64,000 nucleotides of DNA from Felis catus. Taxonomy: Eukaryota. Every line of letters begins with the position of its first letter. Positions within the stretch are counted from its first letter, which is position 1. Positions 20,931 through 34,900 of this stretch are shown here, piece by piece. The notes under the pieces are model-generated. The model had not been told where the DNA came from. It was given only the letters and a program-made list of their open reading frames with translations, and ran no database searches. The position numbers were made by a program, and so were the translations under genes. The DNA is taken from NCBI RefSeq assembly GCF_018350175.1, contig NC_058382.1, positions 10,912,001 to 10,976,000 on the forward strand. Direction: 5' to 3'.

Positions 20931-21096
20931 TCAGTTGTGAGGGGGCAGCAGAGAAGCCAGATCTGGGGAAGAGCGGGCCTTCTCGGCCAGCAGCTGGTAG
21001 AAGGGCTTGGGGGTCCCCCAGTCTCCGTCCTCGCCGCTGGAGCCGTCCTGCTTCACGATCCGGTTGTGCTGGAGGCTGAACCTGCGCGCTTTGACG
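20931..21096 (-). CDS. MEIOSIN: MEIOSIN terminal coding exon
   Basis: [19 protein letters not shown]...[13 protein letters not shown]...PHN*. Confidence 0.92.
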
Positions 21097-24000
21097 CTGG
21101 GGGAGAGGAGGCAGATCTGTCCTTCCTTCCCTGTTCCCCGTCCCACCTCCCCTGGCCCAGAGCCTGGCTGAGGGGGAGACGGGAGCCTTGTTTGGCCCCG
21201 TCAGGCCAACCTCTGGGCCTCCAAGTCCAGGTCTGGGCGATGGGAAGAGTCAAGGGCTCTTCGCCGGAGCCTCAGACTCCCACGAGGTGTTAAAAACCGG
21301 GCACAGGCATGTCATGTGTTTCAGGGGCCAGTGAGAAAGGGGCAGGTGACGGCTCTGATGTTAGACAGGAGAGGGTGGCAGAGAGGGGGAGGCAGGGAGG
21401 AGGCCTAGTGACGGGGAGATAAGGGTCAGCTTCCTGCCCTGAGAGGCTCCCTGCGACAACAAGGGCAGAAGGGGGTCCGCAGCCCGCTATTTGCCCTTCT
21501 AAGCTGCGAGGTAGGGCCCCTCTCTACCCATCACCCCCTAACACGTCCCGAGGCATTTGCAACACCCAACTCTTCCACCCCAGTCAGCTCCAGCCTGTCT
21601 CCGATACCATGAAGCTGGAGGCTCTGGGAAACAGAGCAGCAGTAGGGAGCAGGGCGGGCCCTCGGCTCAGGGCAGGGGCTCCTCACCAGTATGGTCTGCG
21701 CTCCTGCTGGGTCATCACCCGCCACAGTTGGGCCAGCTCCTTGGTGGCAGCCGTGGATGCGGTCCCAGGGCAGGCTCTGGGACAGGAGGGAGGAGGTCAG
21801 GAGAGGCCTTCAGGGGAGCCCGTGAAGGAGGTTTCCCTGCCCTCTCAGGGTCCTGGCTTTCCCATCCACGTTGGCCTGAAAAGCCTCAGAACACACCCTC
21901 CGGGGCTCAGTTGTCAGAAAAGGGAGTGGGACCAAATGGTTGTTGGGAAGGGGACACCGTGTCTTGGGACGTGCGGAGGACCTGGATCTGCTGGTCCAGT
22001 ACCAGCACCTGGATCTTCCTGTCAGGGCACCGTCTCCCCGTTGTGGATCGGGGGGCCTCCCCCACCTCCGCTGTCAGGGCTGGGCGACTGATCTAGCAGG
22101 TGAGCCCCAAGAACTTTTGCCGGAAACATTAGAAACAAGGAGCTCTCCTCCCACCAGGTTGTTTGGTGTGACCCTGCACTGACCCCACCCTGAGTGCTGA
22201 AGGACAAAGCCAACCCAGAGGAGCCAAGTAGGAGATGGGGACAAAACTTCCAGACAGCAACGTCTGAGCCCTAGGCCCAGCGGCACCTGAAGCAATCGCG
22301 TTCTCCCCTTCTGTCAGGTTATATAAGCCAATTGTCTTTTTCTTTAAGTGTGAGTCGGGTTTCACTGCTTATAATTCGCAGGCCTTGACCAAGGCAGTGG
22401 GACCAGGTTAGATGCTGGGGGGCAGGGCGGGGGGTGGGGAGTGTGGCCCAGGAAGGGTTACTGGGTCGTTTCTGGAAGGGGCAAATGTGTCAGACAGCAG
22501 GGACGATGCACTCTGGGGGCGGGGGGTGGGTGGACAGTGCAGGTCAGGCCCCACCCAGGGCCCCAAAGGACCCCCACCCACCGGATGTACTGTTTCCGGT
22601 TCATCCTGCAGAACATGATGAAGCCATTGACACACTTTTTCTTCATCTGGGTAGGGCAGGGGGGTTTCTTGTTCTCCTTGGGCTTCGCCTGGCCCCTGCC
22701 CACCTGGCCCTTGCCCGCCCGGCCCTTCCTGGCCTTTCTCCCGGCAGAGGGCTGGGTCGTGGCCCGCCTGGTGGGGGTCCATGTGTAGTCTCTGTCCTCA
22801 TCGCTGGAGGACTGCAGGCGCTCGGGGTCGGCCTCATCGTCCTGGGCAGGGGACAGGGAGGTGAGAGTGGGCCGGAGACATGGGACCGACCCCTCTGATG
22901 GCTGTCCCCCCTTCACCTCTGGCTGCCTCCACACTGACTCTTCGTCCGTGTTCTCAGAGCTGGAGCTGGACGGCGCCTTGCTGTTCTCGCTCAGAGACAG
23001 GTAGCAGTGGTCCAGTGAGACAGAGGACTGGCACAGGCTGTGGGAGTCGGGGGGGTCCTTGGGAGCCTCAGAGGGTGTCTCCTGGGGAGTGAAGGAGAAA
23101 GACGGGAGATGTGGGGGAGACCGCAGTGTCCCAGCTCAAATTTAAGACTCCCTGGTCCAAACACCTCCTGGACATGCAGGCCAATGTTCCCAAGTTCCCA
23201 CAGCAGGTCAGAGAGGGGCTGGGTGGGGCTCGGGTCCTCCGGGGCAATAGCTCTCGACGCCATCAATTCAGCAGCCGTTGTGTCCTGGGCAAGGCGTAGC
23301 TTCTCTGAGCATCACGCTTGCCCACAGAATGGCGGTCACTACACGTGCCTCACAGGGCTGAGAAGCACCCAGCACAGTGCCCGGCGCTTACTAGGAGCTC
23401 CGCCAAAGGTGTCTATGCTGTGATTCAGTTACTGGCTGAGGCAGGGGGCCGCCTCCCACACGAAGGAACACTTATCTGGGGACCAGCTGGGTGAGTGGCG
23501 GGCCTTGGGGCCTGGTGTGTGTGTGGGGGGTCCTCTTTCCAGCTGAAGATTCCTGAGCTCAGTCTGCCGTTTTTAGTTTCCTCATCTGTTGAATGCGGGT
23601 CACAAGAGACCCCACCTCACTGAGCAGTCTCTTATGGGCACCTGGCAGCTTTTAGCTCTTATCCTTTGTGTCTAGTTTATTCCAAATGCCCAGCACAGAG
23701 TGGGGTGCCTGGTGGCCAGCAGTGAATGTTCAAAGGATAAGGACGGACAGACGAGGGCACAGATGGTAGATGAATCTTTGGAAAGACGAGGAGAAGGGTG
23801 AGCAGGTGGACGGTGAGTGGGTGGGGGAAGGCGGCTTAACGGTAGAGGAGACGGAGGAGTAAACGAAACAGGTGAGTGACACGTGCGGAAAGAAGGATGG
23901 ACGTGTCTGTGGACAGATGCCTACCTTGTTCTGTGGCACCTCAAGCAAGCCATCGGGGAGTGGAGACTCAGGATCTAGGAACACTTCTTCAAAGAGACCT

Positions 24001-27000
24001 GTCAGGGAGGGAGACCAGGGCGGGGGCTGGAATGGAAATGCCTCCCTCGCAGGGCCGGCCGGAGAGCCTCAGTGGCCTTCTCTAGATTTCTGTTCTGGGA
24101 TCTCCTGTCCCAGGTCCAAATCCAGCTCACAGGCCAGCTCCCCTGGGGCGCCTCCAACCTGAGCCGAGTGAGTGGGTCCCCACCGCAGGCTCCTGGAGCC
24201 TTCTCCTCACCACACTGGCCTGGGCCGCTTCCCCACGAGGCTGTGGGCTTCTCGAGGCAGGGCCTGGGTGGGATTCACCCCTGGGGACCCAGTTCTGCCG
24301 AGCACAGGGCAGCACACTTGGTGGGCATCACTGTATGTTTTCTTTCTTTCTTTTTTTTCTTTCAAGTAGGCTTCGACACCCAGCGTGGAGCCCAATGTGG
24401 GGCCTGAACTCCCAACCCTGAGATCAGGACCTGAGCTGAGATCAAAAGCCAGACACTTCACCAGCTGAGCCACCCAGGCGGCCCTCACTGAATGTTTTCT
24501 GAATGAACCAAGCGTCAGATCTAGCCCTGGGCTCTCACCTTGCATCAGGTACTCAGTACCGTCCTCCAGGATCTGTTCTGGCAGTGTGTTTCCTGGGGAG
24601 CTGAAGAGGGAGGGGCTGAGCCCAAGGATCTCACTCGGGTGGCCTGTCACAGCCCAGCTGTTAACCTGGGGAGGCCCCAAGGCCAGCGAGCTCCCTGAAA
24701 AGGAAACATCAGGCTTGAGGATGTGTCAGCCCCGACACAGCAGCTGGCTTTGAGGAGGTGGTGCTGGGCACTGGGAAAGGTGACTCTGTCAATTGCTCAT
24801 TTGGAGCGCTTGGGAGAGGAAATTAAGAGACAAGATGCCCGGCACGATGCTGTGGATGGCCAAATCCAAAACCATCAATATCTGGTGTGCCAAATATGAT
24901 AGATTGATTGTAGCTCCCCGGAGCTCTGTGTTAAGAAAGATTCTGAGGCAGTCTCTGGGCTCAACAGAAAGAATGATGGTTGATCACTAATGTCTGCCAT
25001 AGCAACCGATGGCTCAGTGATAGCAGGTAAGCTTACGTGGCCCTGCCCGCAGCAGCAGTCCTGGTCTCCTCCCTGCCAGTAAGCCTCAGGAGGAAACGAC
25101 CAAGGAAGTCCCCCACACTAGCCTACAGGGAGGACAGACAGATCCAGTCACCATGGGGGCTGCCCTCTGGGGTCCAGGCAGGAAGCCAAGGGTCAGCATC
25201 TGGGGACTCCTTGTCCACTTCCTCGCTGGAATCGTAGAACACCATCTTCTGTCTGCAAGAGGTAGAATTCAAGAGGCAGACCCGGAGCCCTGGGCTGGGA
25301 GCTGCATGTGACCTGGGGCGAGCCGTTTCTCCCTGGGGCGTCTTGGTGTCACCCACTGTGATTGAAGATGGGGGTCGCTTTGTGCTGGCTGCTGGGGGGG
25401 GTGGGTGGGGCGGGGTGGGCCGGAAGCTTTATCGGCTGAGGCGCCTGCCCTCAAGGGGCTTCAGATTGTGAGGAGAGGCAGGTGTCATGGGGTGCTGGTG
25501 ACACAGGGGGCAGGGCTGTGATGGGTGGCATTCCAGGAGGACAGAGAGGGTGGACAAGGCAGGAGGGAGGACCACACTGAGGTCAGCCGAAAGGGTGGAG
25601 GCTTTCTAGGGGGATGAGGGAAACAGGCTTGCCGGGAAGAGGGATCAGAGGGTGAAAAGCCCAGAGGCGGCAGGAGTGTGGCTCCTGTGGAGTGGCAAAT
25701 ATTTCGTGGTGTTAAGGGTAAGATTCATGGGTGAGGGGCAACAGAGAGGGCTGGCAAGATGAACCAGGGCCAGGGAAGTTCTATTTGGGCTCTTCCCCAT
25801 GGGCACTGAGGGAGGCCTTAAAGCCATGAGCTGATGTGACCACAGTGTGTGGTTAGAGAAGTCAGTCAGGCAACTAGGGAGGACGGGCTGGAAGGGGTGA
25901 GACAGGAGGCAGGGAGGCTGGCGAGGGGCTGCAGCCCTGGTCTGGCAGACCGGAAGCAGGGCCCTCCTTGGAGCCTCAGCCGCCTGCACCAAGCTAGGCC
26001 CACAGAGGTACTCTCTCCACAGATACCAGCGAGGATGTAAATCAACCTCGCTTCTCACTGCCCCTCAGCCATTCCAGACCACACACCTCAGCCTCCCCCA
26101 CTCAGAGCCCTTGGGGTTCCCTTACCTGGGACAGGGCTGTGTCCTGTTGAGAAAATGGATCCCCTCGGCCCCTTGTTGGGCCTTGAAGGCAAGGTAGGGC
26201 CCATTACCCTGGGCACTGACTCTGCAACAGCAGCCTACGGGGGCAAGTCGGGATGCTTACTCCTGTGACTGGAACACCTCCTGGGACTCACAGACACAGG
26301 GATGCAGAGGTGCCGGGGCCTGCTACAGCCTCTCCCGCCCAGATCCTAGCAAGACCTCAGGCTGCGGGGCCTCTGCGTGAGGCTCCAGGACAACCCAAAT
26401 GACCCCTGGGTTTCTGGAACCCTACCTCTTTCTCAGAAGCTGGAAGGGAGCTAAAATCCTGAAGTGGAATAGTGTCGATGAAAATGATGATAGCAAAGAC
26501 AAGGACAGAGGGCTTACCGACCGTGCCAGCGAGGTTTTAGACATTTTACGTGGTAGTCGGCAGCCCTGGGCTGAAAGGCGCCATTTTTACAAGCCTTTCA
26601 CAGTTAAGTGAACAGAGGGGATAGAACAGCTCAGGGCCTTGCCTTCCAAGCACCCCTTTCTCGCCTGGCTCCCTGCTGGGTGTGTGTCTGCAACTTTTCA
26701 ACCTGGCACACGGACCAGAGTCACGAGAGCGACTGCCTGCCCTCCCCCAGTTCTGTGACCCACAGCCTCACATGAGGGCCACACTGAGGCTGTCCCCCCA
26801 CAACAGAGCCTGAGAAGAAAAGAGAACAGGGAAAGAGGCCTGAGACAGCGTCTCTCTTGTGCACCATGGAGTCCCCAGCTACTGGGACCGGACTCAGGAC
26901 ATTGCTGGTACCTGACAAGCAGTGTATAAATAACCGGCTAAGATAACAGTGAGGAAGGAGACCAACTTGAGATGTCACAGTGGATGCTGTTCTCAGCCAT

Positions 27001-30000
27001 GTCCAGCAACGTCAGCCGGGACCTTCCTCCCTTTCTGTCATCTTGAGGCAGGGCTGATGCAGCTTTGGGGTGACTGCTGGAGGTGGTGCATCTTGAAGGA
27101 GTGGTGGTCCTCCCCACATTTCCTCCTTGCTGGTCTGGGGATGGGGTTACCCACTTCTCGGGCTTGTCCAGGGCCAGGCAGCGGCGAGGCTTCTGGGCCC
27201 GGGTCTGGCGTTCTGGGGGAGCAGAGAGACAGGCGTCAGAGGGGGCCAGGATATGGCTCAGATGGGGGGCTATCTTTTCTCTGGGTTCCACAACCTATTC
27301 AAAGCTTTGCCCAGGTAAGCCTGGGCCTCAGTTGGAGATCAGCTCAACGTAGGCTCCCTTCCCCTGCCCACACGTTAGAATCATCTTGTGAGCTCTGAAA
27401 AAATACTGATGCCCAGGTTCCACCCCAGACCACTGGAACTTGACTTTCAGGGTATGAGGCACAGAGATAGGCATTTTTTTTAAGTTTATTTATTTACTTC
27501 AAGAGAGAGAGAAAGCACGAGTGAGGGAGGGGCAGAGAGAGAGAATCCCAACCAGGCTCTGCACTGTCAACACAGAGCCTGATGTGGGGATCAAACTCAC
27601 GAACCAGGAGATCATGACCTGAGCCAAAACTAAGAGTCTGACCTTTAACTGACTGAGCCACCCAGGAGCCCCAGGGACAGGCATTGTGTTTTTTTTTTCT
27701 TTTTTTCTTTTTTTTTTTTTGAGAGAGAGAGAGGGCACAAGTAAGTGAGTGGTGGAGAGAGAGAGAGGGAAAGCTAGAGCGAGAATCCTATGAGGGGAAG
27801 AGAGAGAGAAGGGGGCTCACCTGAAGCGGGGCACGAGCTCACCCAAAGTAGGGCTTGAACTCACAAACTGTGAGATCATGACCTGAGCTGAAGTTAGATG
27901 CTTAACCAACTGAGCCACCCAGGTGCCCCAGGGATAACCATTTTTAAAAGTACCCTGGATGATTCAATTAGATACGCAGCCAAGACTGGAAATCATCATT
28001 TAGGTACAAGTCCCATTTTAAAAACATGTAAACTGAGGCATGTGGAGGGGAAGGGACACACAGCGAGTCAGTAGCAAGGCTGAGGCCAGCCCTAGGATGC
28101 TTGCTTTCCTCACGTGGGTTTTTCCATCACCCCGCGCTCCCTGATGTCCAGGCCCAGGATGCATGACTGGGTGTAAAAGACTACGTGCTAACAGCAGCTT
28201 CCACTCACTGAGCGCTGACCATGTGCCTCTCCACTCAGCATTGCTCGAAGGGTGTGTACACAGGCTCATCCTTAACACCACCCAGTGGCAGGTACTACAA
28301 TTTCCAGACCAGAAATTGTAGGAAGCTGAGGCTCAGAGGAGGAAAGTAACCGCTCCAGGGGCTGGGAGTTGAACCAGGTGGGTCTGTCTCACTGTAAAGC
28401 CCGGTCAAGGGCTCTGGGTTGCTGCCTGGGCCTCCCCGGAGTAAGAACGGCTCTGGGGAGGGAGCTCTGCTCCCAGTGACCTGGCTTCCTGTCTAGCCTC
28501 ACTTGTACCTGACGATCCGGTCAGTTTCTTCTTCCGAGGTTTCCGGCAGCCTCCCTGAAGACGGGACTTCCTCCAGTGTGGGGAGCGCGAAGGGGTGGAG
28601 CGTCTCAGCTTTGCTGGGCCCACGGCCGGGTTCCGAGCCAGCCCTGCACAGGATGGAGAAAGAGTCAGGTTGGATCGCCCCAACCAGCTGACTTTACAAG
28701 TGTGGAAACTGAGCTCCTGGGAAGAGATCGGATGGATGGGTGTGAGGCTGCACATCCAGGCAGTAGAGGTACAGGGCGAAAAGTCAGGTGTCCCCAGGGC
28801 CATCCTGGGCCTCTGCCAAGAGGGAAGACGGGCTCAGCGCTTCCCAAATGCTTCCCCATAGGCCCCATCCCCAACCAATGCCTCCTCCTACCTTCCTCAG
28901 GGCACTGAAGACTCTGCTGCCCACCCTGGCTTGCCTGGGGCCTATCAGGCCTCTCAACTGTCCTTTGTTAGCACCTCCCAAATGTACCACTTCTGTCTAC
29001 AGCCTTACCCTCAGTGCTAGATAGGTCTGTCCAGTGATCCTGTCCAGATCACTCCTAAAGGCCTCTTCGCTGACCTCCCTAACTCCAGTTTCTCACTTAA
29101 TACCCAATCCCACACACTAGATGTCAGGCTCGTCTTCCAAAAAAAAAAAAAAAAAAAAAATCTGATCCTGGCTTCCCCTGGCTCAAAGCCCTTCAGGGTC
29201 TTGGACCCTCACCTCACCTCCTCTCACTGTGGCCCGTGGATTTTTTATGCCGGAAACAAGGACGGCACCCGGCACACGTAGCACTAGACAACCGGCTTGT
29301 TCCAGGCACCGTGTGACACTTTCTATGTGTATTAACTCATTTAAGCCTCATGACGAACACGGGAAGGAAGTACAGGTGACCCCTGAACAAGCAGGGTTAG
29401 GGGCGCCCATCCCCCTGCGCTGTGGAACATCCACATCTAATTTGGACTCTCCAGAAACTTCACTACTAATAGCCTATTGCCGACCAGAAGCCTGACCAAT
29501 AACATAAACAGTTGATTCACATATATTTTGCATATTATATGTGTTATCTACTGACCTCTTACCACAAAGTGAACTAGAGAAAAGAAAATGTTAAAAAACC
29601 GTAAGGAAGAGAAAATACATTTACAGTTCCGTACGATATTTCTCCCGAAGTGCCTGTGTAGAGGTGAGTCCGTGCGGTTCAAACCCATGTTAGTCCAGGC
29701 TCAACTGTACTACTATCGGCTTCATTTTGCAGCCGTGGAAACTGAGGCATTGAGAGGTTAAGGTCCCGAGACCTGTGTCTGCGTCAGGATCCGGTTCAAG
29801 AACCTTGCGCGTCATCTTGATGTTACGCGGTCCCTCCAAGCGTGCCCGCTGCTGGCCTGTCCCAGACCTTCCACAGGTGTCTCCTCATACACGCCCACTG
29901 CTGCTTCTGCCTGGTGGGGTCCCCCTGCCCCTATCCTCCAAGGCCCAGTTGCAAGGCCCCTCCCCGCCACAGTCTTCCCAGATGCCCCTAAGTTCACAGC

Positions 30001-31913
30001 ATCACACACATCTCTCTGTCTCTGTCCCCTCTGCCAGGCTCTGAGAGGCCGGAGGGCCTGGACTCATCTAAGTCACTCGCTCGGTGCCCCCGACGGCAGC
30101 ACAGCTCTTGGTCTGTGGCAGGCATTGGGAAATGGGGACTGAACTTACTTACCCCCAAGTCTGCCTTCCCCATTGGCGGTGTGGAATTTGAGCAAGGCCT
30201 TGGCCACATCGATGTTTTTCTGGAGGTACTGAATGTAGTGCAGGACGTGCAGGAGAATCTCCTTCTGCCCTCAAAAGAAAGACAAGGCTGAGCACAAGAG
30301 TGGGGTCCCACGACAGTGTGAGGCTACTGGGGACCAGAGACAGAAAGGCTCTGGGACCGCGTTCCCCACCCCAACAATTCCTCCACTGGCAGAGGTGCTC
30401 CTATTCTGCTGTTTAGTCCTTGCTGCCGCTCAGGGAGACTTCTGTTACAGCTAAGGAAACTGAGGCTCAGGGTGCTAACGCTAAGGCGAAAGAGAGGAAG
30501 TGGCAGTGCTGGGATCTGAACTCGGGTCTGCCTGCCTCCTGGCCCAGTTTTTCAACACACACCATCTGGCTTTCCACCCCTGACCCTTCGCATATGCTGT
30601 ATTCTCTACCTGCAAAGCCCCCCGCCCCCCTCCCCACAGACCCCTGCTCTGGCTTCTCCACCTTTGAGCCTTACTTAGCACAGTGGTCTCCCCTTCCAGA
30701 AACTTTCCACCTCCCTGACCCCTCTCACCCAGGCTGGGTCAGATGTCCCTCCTCAGCATTCTTGTAATACCCTGGGCCTGTTTTGTAATTACCTGTTTAT
30801 GCGTTATTTTCTCTCATTGACCTTGAACTAGTTGAGGGTAGAGATTGCAGCTAAGCGGTTCCTGTATCCCTTACTCACAGAATAAAGAGGTAGCTTAGCC
30901 AGTGTTCGCTGAAGATTGACCTCCCCCGTAGCACTGAGCATGATGCCTTCTGCCCAGCAGGCATCAGCCAGCCAGCCAGCCACCAAGTACTGACTCAGTT
31001 GGTATTGGAGACACGAAGCTCGAACAGACTACTACCCACTGAGGGCTAGGTATGTAGGGGTGAACCAACACACTTCTGTTTACCTCCCTGGAATTTATAA
31101 TCTAGGGAGGGCAGTGGGCCTTAATAAACTCAGAAATGATGCAAAATTACCAACCGTGTGATAAGCATTATGAATAAGAGTGTAACAAGAGATTCTGAAA
31201 GTGGACTTGAGTGTCTGAAAAAGCATTTAAACGGAGACCTGAAGAATGACAGGGGTTAGCCTGGGGAAGAGGAGAGGGAAGAATGCCAGCAAGTATTTCT
31301 TGGATTGAACTGGATCCCTAGAATAACAACAAAACCATTAGCAGTAATCTTCCAAACCCTAGATCAGGAAACACGATCCCACAAAGGGAAATGTGTGAAA
31401 CCATTCCAGAAGATATAATACCGATGGTCGCTGAAATGATCTGACCTGATCCACGGAAGGAAGCTGTAATCTAACTAAGGAATATGTGTGACACAGGCAG
31501 GAGACTATTACTTTGGAACGACCTGGACCCCATGTGCCACTTCCTGGCTGGGTATTGGGAGCAGGCCACGTTACCTCTTTGTGCCTCAGTTTTCTCATCT
31601 GTGCAGTGGGAATGAGGATATTCACATAGGCTCAGAGGATCATCGTTAGGACTGAATAAACTAGTGTGTGTGAAACTGCCCAGCACAGAGCCTGATACAC
31701 TTTGGGTGAGAACACTTTCATCAGGTTCTCAAAGGATTAAGTGAGGACCTTTTCTAACTCCGAGAACCGAACTGTGGGTTTCTCAAGATCATGTATGGTA
31801 TCTCCAACACCAGGCTTGGCACACGATTGGCACTCACTAAGCTAAAATGTTTATGAACTATAAAGTAATATAAAATGTTTTTTATTACTGGTATAATTTT
31901 TTAGTGTTTATTT

Positions 31914-31957
<44 letters not shown>

Positions 31958-34900
31958 GAGGGGCAGAGAGCAAGAGACACACAGAATCCAAGGCAGGCTC
32001 CAGGCTCTGAGCTGTCAGCACAGAGCCTGACGGGCTCGAACTCACAAACCGTGAGATCATGACCTAAGCTGAAGTTGGATGCTCAACCGACTGAGCCACC
32101 CAGGCGCCCCATACTGGTATTGTTTTTATGCAGAAGGCAATTGGGCATCACCTCAGGCTCCAAGACCAAAGGCTCAGTGATCAATACTTCAGGAAGGTTA
32201 GTATGGGGGCTACCAGCAGAGGTTCAAATCCCGGAGACCTTCTGAAGGGAAGATAGATGGTCCTGTAACATTCTCAACTCAGGGAATTCACGCACTCATT
32301 CGTCTACTCGTTCTTTCATTCAACACCTATGGAGCACTGAATGACAGAACCGTTGAGGAGGTGAGCCTTTGGAATGCCACACACCTGACTCTCTCTTTCT
32401 GCTATTAACCAGCTGTGTCCTCGACCCCTCTGTGCTTCAGAGGGGTGAGTTCCGCCAATGGGGAACTCATGTTGGGAACTCTGTGAGTTCCCAGAGGATG
32501 GGTCCCAAGTTTCTTTGCCTACCCTTGTTGAGACTAGAACAGCTTCTGACATCCAACCGTCTTTCCATAACCAGCTGATGAATGAACGAATGACAGGATG
32601 GAATGAGAAGAACTAGAGCGAGAAAGCATCACACCAGGCCTTCCAGATCTTTGAGTCCCTTATTAAGTTGCCCCCAGTGGCGGGAGCAAGGTGTCAGCTC
32701 AGCACTGCATACTTTTATTGAGGAGCCACTGCGGACGCCCAGAGAGGCCTTATCTATCTCTACCTCGGGGAGAAGATGCCCACAGGACACAAAACAAGGG
32801 ACTCACAGAGAGGGAACCGACACTTGTTCATGGCTATTATGTCATTTTGGCCTCACAGTATTGCTGGGTAGTAGATGTTATTGTTTCTTGTTTTACAGCT
32901 GAGAGGCATGATGCTGGAGAGGCTGACAAGCTGAGCGCCCGGCCCAGAGTCCTATCGTTTGGGGGCTGAAGGGCTCAAACCCATGGCTGTTTGAGTCCCA
33001 AAGTGATGACCTTTACCAGGCTCCTTGCCGATTTTCCCCTCCCAGGTTCCCCTGCGTCTTTTGCAAAAACAGACACCCCCACCCCTGCCACCACCACCAC
33101 CCGTCTTCTGGTCATGGGATCACAGAAATGCCCCATCGAGGGCGCCGTCCCTGAAAGGGCCTGTCGAGGGGTCCCAGCATGAGGGAGGCTAAGCTGGTTA
33201 CGGATATTTTCAGATCTGCCTCCCGCGTCCGCCTCCCCTCCCTCGGTCCCCATACCTTGGTGAGCTTCTTGGTACCCTTCTTCAGGGCCATGGGTAGCAG
33301 CAATGCCAGCTCCTGCAGTTTGCTGGTGTGGTTTTTCCTTTGCCTCCTGTTTTGGGCCAAGAGCCGGTTTGGGTTAGGACAGCCAAAATGGAAATTGGCC
33401 CCTGACCCCCAAACCACTGGTCTCAGTGTTCTCCTTCTCAGAGAAGCTCCCCGCCCCTGACACCCCAGACAGAATCCTCATCCCCTCGGTCATCAAATCT
33501 CACCCGTTCCCCTTGCAATCCCTTCTCTCCACCCCCAGCCCCTGGCCTGGTCCACATGTTGACATTCCCCTAGCTCTCCCGGCCTCCTGTCTGGCCTCCT
33601 CCAGCCCATACTGTCTCCTAGAGTCAGGGTGATCTTTCTGAAAACCAGATCTGCCCACGGTTTTCTCATCTGTGCAGTGGGAATGAGGAGATCCATTCAG
33701 GCTCAGAGGATCATCAAAAGGACTGAGTAAATCAGTGTGTGTGAAGCCGCCCAGCACAGAGCCCGATATGTTACTTGACTAATAAGTGCTTCAAATCTCT
33801 CAAGGCCATCCTATTATTAAAGGTCAAGTTTAAACTCTGAACACAGCTTTTATAATGCCCCTCAAGGTCTGGCTCTGCTGACCATCCTGGTCTCATCTCT
33901 TACTTTCTTTGGTTCTCTCCCATCAAGTGACTCTAACTCCACAGGACAGGTGGGATACCTCTGCTAAGGTCCCTCAGCCCCATCCATGCTCACGCACTTC
34001 TCTGGGCCCTGCTCTGAGCTGAGAGCTGGTGGAGGGGGGAACCACTCTATCTCTAGCATCTAGAACAGGGTCTGGCACGTCGTGGGAACTCGCCACATCT
34101 CTGCTAGATAAATAAATAAGGGCATGGCAGAAGCTGACTCCTGGGGGGATGCAGAACTTCCAGGATCTAATCCCTGAATCCATAATTCATCATATATCCC
34201 TGTATACACACCTCCACCCCAATCTTGACAGATGGAGACACAAAGACAATGGAGCCTCTCTCCCAAATTACACACCATTGCCACCACTCCCATGACTCCT
34301 TTTGAATGCCCAGATCCCCCCCGTTTCCACCCATCTTTGTCTCACCTTCCTTGGGGCTCAGTTCAATTGCCACCTGCCCCAGGCAGCCCCTGGCGACCAC
34401 CCTTGCCTTCCTCCCTTGCTCTGAATGGCCACAGCACTTTGTCACCTGCAGCATGGCCACGCCCAAAACACTCCCTTGATTACAGCCAGATGTTTAGTTC
34501 CTACTCACACATCCACAAACTAACACCCCCTCCTTTTCAGGCCCTGCGCTGGACACCACGGAAGGTGAGAGAAATCATGGTCATTGCCCTCGAGGAGATG
34601 GGGGAGTAGTGTGGGACACACACTTATCTCCCTAACCAAACTCTGGAGCTCTAAAAGAATCTTTCTCACTCATTCACTTAGCAATTACTGATTGGGCACC
34701 TACTATGTGCCAGGAATGGTGATAGGCGATAGGGATAAACATATATAAACAAAGGGACGCCTGGGTGGCTCAGTTCGTTAAGCATCTGACTGCAGCTCAG
34801 GTCATGATCTCATGGTTCGTGGGTTCAAGCCCCACATCGGGACCTATGTTGACAGTGCAGAGCCTGCTTGGGATTCTCTCTCTCTGCCCCTCTCCTGCTC

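Larger units (their letters stand above)
31589..33768. repeat. 109-bp direct repeat pair (31589-31697 and 33660-33768), MIR-derived
   Basis: Ungapped similarity of roughly 80-85% by eye. Confidence 0.85.

Noticed and set aside
31330-31500. Unique-looking segment considered as a possible snoRNA or retrocopy
   Set aside because: No convincing box C/D or H/ACA arrangement, ORF, poly(A) tail or TSD; an Rfam/BLAST search would be needed
33347-33417. Upstream acceptor (gtcag|33401) for the MEIOSIN HLH exon
   Set aside because: No polypyrimidine tract, and phase 1 is incompatible with the phase-2 donor at 39392 unless an unseen exon intervenes
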